Below, piece by piece: positions 57,936-64,000 of a DNA stretch of 64,000 bases. The notes under the pieces are model-generated. The model was not told the DNA's origin, ran no database searches, and worked only from the letters and a program-made list of their open reading frames with translations. This stretch comes from Candidatus Hydrogenedentota bacterium (GTDB lineage: Bacteria; Hydrogenedentota; Hydrogenedentia; Hydrogenedentales; SLHB01): contig BTWA01000010.1 of assembly GCA_045863295.1 (NCBI GenBank), forward strand, positions 1 to 64,000. The letters are read 5' to 3'. The position numbers and the translations under genes are program-made. The first letter of the stretch is position 1. Each line of letters opens with the position of its first letter.

Positions 57936-60731
57936 TCAGGGCTCCACGGTAACAGGCATATTGTAGTATGAAGTTATCGTTGCTCCGTCGATGTGTGTGT
58001 TGACAGAACCCTCGATGAAATAGTCTCCCGGGGGAACTGCCGGAATAAAAACGAGTGCCGCGTCGAGATTGACGCTGCCCGTGTTCATTCGCAAGCCGAT
58101 GCCGAGGAGCAAATCCCGCAGGCCTAGCACCGTACGCGATTGGGTGTAGTGGCCTCCCGTGCGCTCGGCAAGGCGCATCAGGGATACGTAATCGGGCAAG
58201 CGCCCGAGGCCCACCACATTTACACTCACATCGTAATCCAGCGCCACGCGAACGGCACTCTCGAAGATAGTCTTATCAAATGCCCGTCCATCCGTCAAAA
58301 GGATGAATTTAAGCGGTAAGTTCGCCGTATTCGAGATATAAGGAATGACATCCATCAAACTCGTGTACATGGGTGACCCGCCAACACTGGTTACACGATC
58401 CAGTGCGTCCAACACGTCGTCCTTGTCCGTCGTGAATGCCTGCAGCAGGCGGGTCTGCTTGAAACCATCGGTTGCGGGGGGGCCAAAATCGAATATAGCC
58501 ACCTCATCGTTCTCAAGCAGGATCTTCACGAGTTCCTTGCACGCCAGAATGCGCGAGTTTTCCGGGTCACTCAGTATCATGCTTGCACTGCCGTCCACGA
58601 GAAATGCGATGGACACCGGGGGGCGATTGGGCATGACCGGATCGCCTTCCCCCACTTCGGGATCGCCGCCGCCGCCTGGAGGGTCGTTTTCAATGGGTTC
58701 AGTCGATTCGGGTTCGTAGATCACCACCGGCCCAAAGGTATAGTGGGCAAACCCGCTGCTGCCGGTATACAACCTGTCGCCCAGATCCACCGGAGTCAGG
58801 CTGATTTCAAATGATCCACCATCGGGCGTGAAGGCGCGAGGGGAAAGGCCCGATACCGGCGATCGGGTCAAAGGCGAGAACACCATATCGCTTTGCGATG
58901 AAACCGGAATTACAAGCGGTCCCTTTTCGGCTATCTTCAGCGATTTGCCTGAGCTTCCCGCCGGAACCTCATCCTGAAGAAAGTACCAACCTTCAACGGT
59001 GGCAATGCCTGCGTTCGTGGACTCCTCTTCAAACCGGTAAGGAAACAGCGACACTTCCGTCGACCCGATCCTTTTTGCATGCAGCTTGTTGCGCGTCGCG
59101 TCAAACGACAAAACTGATTCATCCGTAATCTTCATGCTCGCGTTAGCGGAAATGCCTTTGCTTGTCCCGCACGTATTCAGAAGTAGTGCTTGAAGCGACT
59201 GGGATGGGCCCTCGCCCAGGACAGGGATCAAGTTCTTGAATGCATTCGACAACGAACCATCCCCGTTATTCCTGTAAAAGTGCACGTCCACCGGCACATC
59301 CAGCCCCCAGGCAATGGCCAGTTTCTGATGCAAAGCGAAAAACACGGGATCGTTGGCCGCGAATCCCATACCCGCGAAAACGCCGCCTACGTTGGCCGTG
59401 ACACGGCCCAGGATTTGTGCCCGCAACTCCGCCGGAATCAGCGTGAACTGGCCAAGGGCCCGGGCGTACGACTCGGCAAAATGCCGGGACATGCCATCCG
59501 CCGTAAATGTGATTTCCACATCCGCCCAGGCAACCTGCGCTCCAAAGTTTCCTTTGGCCGAAAGGGTCGAAGTCTCGCCGGGATTCAACCGATTCCCCTG
59601 ATCCGGCCGGGCCGACGCCGTAATCTGCTTGATGTCCGTGGGTACCACGCAGTCCATAAAGTAATCGGCCGCAAGCAACGGGATTTGCACGATATCCAAG
59701 AAAGCGCAGAGGTTTGTAGCCTGACTTGCGCTGATGTGGCTCCAAGAAGTCTGTGCCCCAGAGGCCAGTGCGCCGTATTTCAACGCGTCTAACGTGGCGT
59801 ACAGATTGGTCGTGCCCGCGCTCATGGCGTCCAGTTTGATTACCGATGCGAAGAACATCAACGCAGCGGGGTTGATAGCCTTGGTTCCATCGCCATCTTT
59901 CATGGCGGACTTGGCATCAGGCGTGACCTCCATTGGAACGCCCGACCCCGCCAGAAGACTGCATAACAGTTGCCGGTCCGGCACCGAAAGCTGCGAAAGT
60001 CTGATCCGCGCATACTGCAGAAATCGATCGCAAGTATCGAAATCATCGTCAATCTGATGGAGTTCGCCAATCAATACGCCTGACATCTCCGCGGCCTGCT
60101 CCACATACCGGCGCGTGCCGTCCAGCAACGACTGAACACTATTCAAAAAGGCCTCGGCCTCGTTCATGGCCGGGACACTCTGCGGATTGACGATAAAATG
60201 CCAATCGACGCTCGCTTTCACCTCGGGTGACTCGGCAAACGCAACATTCAAATCATACGTCCCAGCCGCTATAGGCGGTACTTGCACCGTCAAGTACGAT
60301 TCGGTCTGCAAAATGGGTGTGACCCGAATGTTGTTGAACCCAACGAGGAGCGAGTTGCCCTGCGCATCGGCAAATTCGATTCGTATGATTTCGCCGGGCA
60401 CGCCCTGCTGCGAAGAAACCTCCGTAATCTTGGGGAGGAGGTCACCCAGCGATACCAGCAGGTGCACAAGCGTGCCGGGTACCACGGCTGCGCCGGCCGG
60501 AGGGTTCTGCTGATAGACCGTGTTCATGGCAACGCCGCTCTGAAAGTCCGTAAACACGGAGCCCCGTGTTAGGCCGGCGGCGCTGAGCAACGCATCCACT
60601 TCGCCGATTTGCGTTCCCACCAGATCGGGGACAATGCTCTGACTATTCGAAGGAGGGTCACACGTGAAATTGGGCAGAAGCGCCAAAAGGAGGAGCGGAA
60701 GGTATTTTTTGCACACAGCCGCGTTCACCAT
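57936..60731 (-). CDS. Surface protein with PASTA, IPT/TIG-like and C-terminal VWA domains
   Basis: VPDLVG...VYQQNPPAG...LLVSLG (PASTA), PKITEVS...LTVQVPP (IPT), MIDAS-like DGSASM, ILLTDG, LAERTGGHY. Confidence 0.82.
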   Translation of the reverse strand: MVNAAVCKKYLPLLLLALLPNFTCDPPSNSQSIVPDLVGTQIGEVDALLSAAGLTRGSVFTDFQSGVAMNTVYQQNPPAGAAVVPGTLVHLLVSLGDLLPKITEVSSQQGVPGEIIRIEFADAQGNSLLVGFNNIRVTPILQTESYLTVQVPPIAAGTYDLNVAFAESPEVKASVDWHFIVNPQSVPAMNEAEAFLNSVQSLLDGTRRYVEQAAEMSGVLIGELHQIDDDFDTCDRFLQYARIRLSQLSVPDRQLLCSLLAGSGVPMEVTPDAKSAMKDGDGTKAINPAALMFFASVIKLDAMSAGTTNLYATLDALKYGALASGAQTSWSHISASQATNLCAFLDIVQIPLLAADYFMDCVVPTDIKQITASARPDQGNRLNPGETSTLSAKGNFGAQVAWADVEITFTADGMSRHFAESYARALGQFTLIPAELRAQILGRVTANVGGVFAGMGFAANDPVFFALHQKLAIAWGLDVPVDVHFYRNNGDGSLSNAFKNLIPVLGEGPSQSLQALLLNTCGTSKGISANASMKITDESVLSFDATRNKLHAKRIGSTEVSLFPYRFEEESTNAGIATVEGWYFLQDEVPAGSSGKSLKIAEKGPLVIPVSSQSDMVFSPLTRSPVSGLSPRAFTPDGGSFEISLTPVDLGDRLYTGSSGFAHYTFGPVVIYEPESTEPIENDPPGGGGDPEVGEGDPVMPNRPPVSIAFLVDGSASMILSDPENSRILACKELVKILLENDEVAIFDFGPPATDGFKQTRLLQAFTTDKDDVLDALDRVTSVGGSPMYTSLMDVIPYISNTANLPLKFILLTDGRAFDKTIFESAVRVALDYDVSVNVVGLGRLPDYVSLMRLAERTGGHYTQSRTVLGLRDLLLGIGLRMNTGSVNLDAALVFIPAVPPGDYFIEGSVNTHIDGATITSYYNMPVTVEP

Positions 60732-60776
60732 GACTCAACCCTTTTCGTCATGGTGGACCTAGCCCCTAGTAAGTTA

Positions 60777-60805
60777 ACTATACACCGGAACTAGGGAAGT
60801 GTCAA
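60777..60805 (-). promoter_or_regulatory. Near-consensus sigma70 promoter for the PASTA/VWA gene
   Basis: Minus strand TTGACA-N17-TATAGT. Confidence 0.75.
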
Positions 60806-60846
60806 CTCTAAAGCGTCTGAGTCGTAAGATCCGAGGCCAAATACAT

Positions 60847-61866
60847 TCAAGGCAGATGAAGTACCTGCTCAATCGCTTCCCAGGCTACCAACTTGAAATT
60901 CTGAGTGCCCGAATTATCGACATCATCTTGAGCCACGAAAAGTCCGTGTCCAAAGGCGCCGCCAAGCGATGCACTGCACACGTCGATGCCGTCTGTGCCA
61001 GTTACCGCATCAATCGCATTCGTCGCGCCAACCTGAAATGACCCCGCAAACGCATTTCCCAGTTCCCGTGAATAAACGGCAAATTCGTTGCTCCCCTGGC
61101 AGGAGGCGACAAGATACCCTTTGCCGTCGGGCTTTGCGTACAGTGCAAGGCCTTCGATATCGGCGGTGAGGCGCCCGTCCGGTCGCACGGTGTCCACAGC
61201 AATGCGTTCATCTCCTGCATTGGGTTCTGCGTTGAAACGCCAGATTCCCCGGGTTTCTTCACCCACGTAAAGTACAGCCAAGGCATCATCAGCAACGCAC
61301 CCTTCCACCTGGCCATCAACCCTTAATACACGGACTCGTTTGCCGGTCACCGCGCCGGATTCATCTTCCTGTAGACGCCACTGGACAATTTCGCCTTCCT
61401 TGGTGGTTACAAACGCGTACATCGCTCCGGCCTTATTTCTGTAAAGACAGAAGCCATATACCGCTACGCCGGATTCAATTCCTTTATTCTGACCCGTCAG
61501 GATACCGGTGGATTCATCCAGGCGGTAAATCGCAATGGTGTTATTAGTGCGATTGGTGGCGGCGACCAATGTCGACACACCGTTCCGCCCCTGGAAACCT
61601 GCACGAATATCCACGTTGTTCATTTGGCCGTCAGGAAGGCTCTGCACAAGCTTTCCATGCAGCGTATATACGTACAACCCGGTCTGTTTGTCCGTGCCAA
61701 CAATCAGGCTTTCTTTCGGATTCGATGCATTAACCCAGATGCAGGGATCATCCGCAGCGTCGCCGGATGACGTCACGGCTTCTGTTTCGGCTACGGGTTG
61801 TACCGTGGCCGCACTAACCGGAACAGTGGCGCACCACAGTGCGAATGTCACAACCAGCGCGTGCAT
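60847..61866 (-). CDS. phy: Beta-propeller 3-phytase
   Basis: Signal peptide, DAADDPCIW, GTDK, MNNVDIR, VYGFCLY, EGCVADD, ADIEGL, TDGID, QNFKLV. Confidence 0.93.
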   Translation of the reverse strand: MHALVVTFALWCATVPVSAATVQPVAETEAVTSSGDAADDPCIWVNASNPKESLIVGTDKQTGLYVYTLHGKLVQSLPDGQMNNVDIRAGFQGRNGVSTLVAATNRTNNTIAIYRLDESTGILTGQNKGIESGVAVYGFCLYRNKAGAMYAFVTTKEGEIVQWRLQEDESGAVTGKRVRVLRVDGQVEGCVADDALAVLYVGEETRGIWRFNAEPNAGDERIAVDTVRPDGRLTADIEGLALYAKPDGKGYLVASCQGSNEFAVYSRELGNAFAGSFQVGATNAIDAVTGTDGIDVCSASLGGAFGHGLFVAQDDVDNSGTQNFKLVAWEAIEQVLHLP

Positions 61867-61903
61867 CGAATAGACCCTCTCCTTGATTTACAATCGAGTA
61901 AAG

Positions 61904-61934
61904 CGGGGCCTTGGGAATGACTCCCAAAGCCCCG
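61904..61934 (-). terminator. Intercistronic hairpin (weak terminator or mRNA stabiliser)
   Basis: Minus strand CGGGGCTTTGGGA-GTCAT-TCCCAAGGCCCCG followed by only CTTTAC. Confidence 0.5.
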
Positions 61935-61967
61935 AATGCACATTCAAGCTGACCGGCAAATAAGCAA

Positions 61968-63098
61968 TCAGCCCATCATGCCGTCCGCAATATCAATTTC
62001 CCATGCCTTGCCATAACCCCATTCCTCAAGTTTCACGGGGAATTCGGCCGGATAACGAATGAACCGCACATGGCCGTCCATGTACAACACGTTGGCGCCG
62101 CCCGGAACGTGGTTGAACATGACAACGCCGCCTGTGGAATCGTCCAGATTCGATCCGCCCGAGTCGGACAGCTTCTTTTGCTGTGCCCACCCGTCCATCA
62201 TGGCAGGTAACGTGCTTTGTCCTACAGAGCCCGAGGCCGGGGCGTTGATATCTGTGATGAAGAATCGTTCCACGCCTTCCTTCAGGCGGAAAAGCCGATC
62301 CGGACAAAGGGTCGAAGGGCCAATCCTACGATTGCTGTTCGACGATTGTGTTGTGTCGGCATCGCCATTCGTAAAGGTGAAGTGGTCGTCCAAGGTGGAG
62401 TCGCCGTAATCCCAGCGCAGCCCGCTTGGTATTTCGTACATACCCGTCCAGACGTTTCCGTCGTCATCATACTGAATGTTGTTGTACGGGCATCCCGCTC
62501 CAAGGTTCATTTTAAAATCGTCCAACGAGCCAGAACCGCCTGCGATTGTTCCCAGGGCCGGATAGTTGTCGCGCAGCACTTCCGAAGCCTTTTCGTTGCA
62601 GCGCCACGCCTGCTTCGCTTCCGTGCCATAGCGAACCGCGTAGCCGAAATACACATACGACCGGGGGAAGCTGAAATGCGCCACCATGCAATCCGAGGTA
62701 GCTTGCCCGTCGGCAATCAGGCGGCCCACTTCTTCGTAGCCTTTTTGGATATTCTGCACATTGGCGCCCCAGACGCTCGGGTCGATGTCCGCGTCGGAAG
62801 GACAATGGCCAATCATTGGGTCATTCAAGTATTCCGGATAGAGTTGGCGCATGTCCGGCCCCAACAGTTCTTCCCGCAATCCCGGCCAAATGTTCTGAAG
62901 CTCGGGAAAATACCCACCCTTGGATTCGTTCGAAAACATCTTAAAAACAAGGCCATATTGCTTCAGATTGTTCTGGCAACTGGCGCGCCGGGCCGCTTCA
63001 CGCGCCCTCGCCAGCGCCGGCAGCAGAATGGCCGCCAGGATGCCGATGATGGCAATAACCACCAGCAACTCGATCAAGGTGAATCCGCGTTTACGCAT
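61968..63098 (-). CDS. DUF1559 / prepilin-type N-terminal cleavage-methylation protein with H-X9-DG motif
   Basis: [70 protein letters not shown]. Confidence 0.93.
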   Translation of the reverse strand: MRKRGFTLIELLVVIAIIGILAAILLPALARAREAARRASCQNNLKQYGLVFKMFSNESKGGYFPELQNIWPGLREELLGPDMRQLYPEYLNDPMIGHCPSDADIDPSVWGANVQNIQKGYEEVGRLIADGQATSDCMVAHFSFPRSYVYFGYAVRYGTEAKQAWRCNEKASEVLRDNYPALGTIAGGSGSLDDFKMNLGAGCPYNNIQYDDDGNVWTGMYEIPSGLRWDYGDSTLDDHFTFTNGDADTTQSSNSNRRIGPSTLCPDRLFRLKEGVERFFITDINAPASGSVGQSTLPAMMDGWAQQKKLSDSGGSNLDDSTGGVVMFNHVPGGANVLYMDGHVRFIRYPAEFPVKLEEWGYGKAWEIDIADGMMG

Positions 63099-63224
63099 AC
63101 CTGTCTCCTCTTGTTGACGCAATGAATGAATTGAATGTCACCCAAAGTAATGTGCAAAGGCATGACGCCAGCTCAAAACACGGTCTTGACACCCATCGTC
63201 CTGCCCTACAGCCCGCACCCGCAA

Positions 63225-63258
63225 ATGGTAGTCATGAAACGTTAATCCCTAATGAACA
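63225..63258 (-). promoter_or_regulatory. Candidate Pho-box promoter
   Basis: Minus strand TGTTCATTAGGGATTAAC (GTTCAT/ATTAAC at 11-bp period), 10 bp, then TACCAT -10. Confidence 0.4.
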
Positions 63259-63448
63259 AATTGTTCGGACGGAGTTTTAATTGTGTTAGTCGCCAGAGAG
63301 GGAGCCGATCCGGTGCGGAAGGCAAATTCACTCTTTATGGAAATTACACCACGGAAATTTGCATAGTTCGGAGATCGCGAAAGCGAAATACCAGACCCCT
63401 CTCGATTGCGATACCGGAATAGAAAGTAGGCGCAGGAGCACTGGCGTT

Positions 63449-64000
63449 GTGATATATCCTCGAAAATCCCAATACGCTCAGGACGTGGCCGATCACTATG
63501 ACGACCTCGACCATTGGTATCAGCTCATTTGGGGCGAGCACGTGCACCACGGATTATGGCGCAAAGGAAACGAAACCGTCGCCGAAGCCACCCGTGCCCT
63601 CACAACCCATCTCGCGGATCGCGTCCAGGTTCAACCTGGCGATCGAATTTGCGATATCGGCTGCGGCTACGGCGCTACCGCGCGAATTCTGGCCTACGAG
63701 TACAAGGCGAGGGTGGAAGGATACACACTGTCTGCGAGGCAACACGCGTACGCCCAGCAAGTGGCCACCCAACCGGACAACCCCGTCATTCACTGCCGAA
63801 ACTGGTTTGACAATGGCCTTCCGGATGGAGTTGCCGACCTATGCATCTCCATTGAAAGTTCTGAACACATGGAGGACAAAGCGGCCTTCTTTCGCGAAGT
63901 GCACCGCGTTCTAAAGTCCGATGGCCGGGTTGGAGTCTATGCATGGTTGGCACGTCCGGCGCCAGCCGCATGGGAAGTACGCCTCCTGCTGGAGCCGATA
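63449..64000 (+). CDS. Class I SAM-dependent methyltransferase (tocopherol/sterol MT-like); runs off the window
   Basis: Not in the ORF track; translated by hand from GTG after AGGAG: VADHYDDL...IWGEHVHHGLW, ICDIGCGYG, SIESSEHMEDK, RVLKSDGR. Confidence 0.88.
   Translation, partial: MIYPRKSQYAQDVADHYDDLDHWYQLIWGEHVHHGLWRKGNETVAEATRALTTHLADRVQVQPGDRICDIGCGYGATARILAYEYKARVEGYTLSARQHAYAQQVATQPDNPVIHCRNWFDNGLPDGVADLCISIESSEHMEDKAAFFREVHRVLKSDGRVGVYAWLARPAPAAWEVRLLLEPI

Noticed and set aside
63186..63212. TTGACA on the plus strand as promoter for the methyltransferase
   Set aside because: No acceptable -10 at 16-18 bp spacing
63498..63914. 138-aa plus-strand ORF in the track
   Set aside because: Wrong frame; the real gene is the methyltransferase starting at 63449

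Overview
GC-rich bacterial chromosomal segment with about 46 CDS. I found no rRNA, tRNA, CRISPR array, integrase or transposase. Gene content (DUF1559 prepilin-type protein with [24 protein letters not shown] surface protein, several DUF1501 + DUF1549/DUF1553 cytochrome c pairs, Hanks-type kinase) suggests Candidatus Hydrogenedentota or a Planctomycete-like lineage; this is inferred, not verified. Housekeeping blocks: rny-ymdB-smc, family-4 uracil-DNA glycosylase, fabH, a complete nqrABCDEF-apbE-nqrM operon and guaA. Accessory blocks: a GT4/phosphodiesterase locus, three DUF1501/DUF1549-DUF1553 heme-c modules each with a different accessory domain, a kinase/PAS/hydrolase divergon, and a DUF1559-phytase operon. 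Most notable observations: (1) the modular DUF1501/cytochrome c system, including a duplicated coiled-coil subunit; (2) a hypothetical protein with LCIB/theta-carbonic-anhydrase-like Zn ligands; (3) a ~200-nt nqr leader with mutually exclusive helices, one covering the ribosome-binding site; (4) a Pho-box-like promoter upstream of DUF1559 + phytase. All domain calls come from motif recognition by eye, not database searches.
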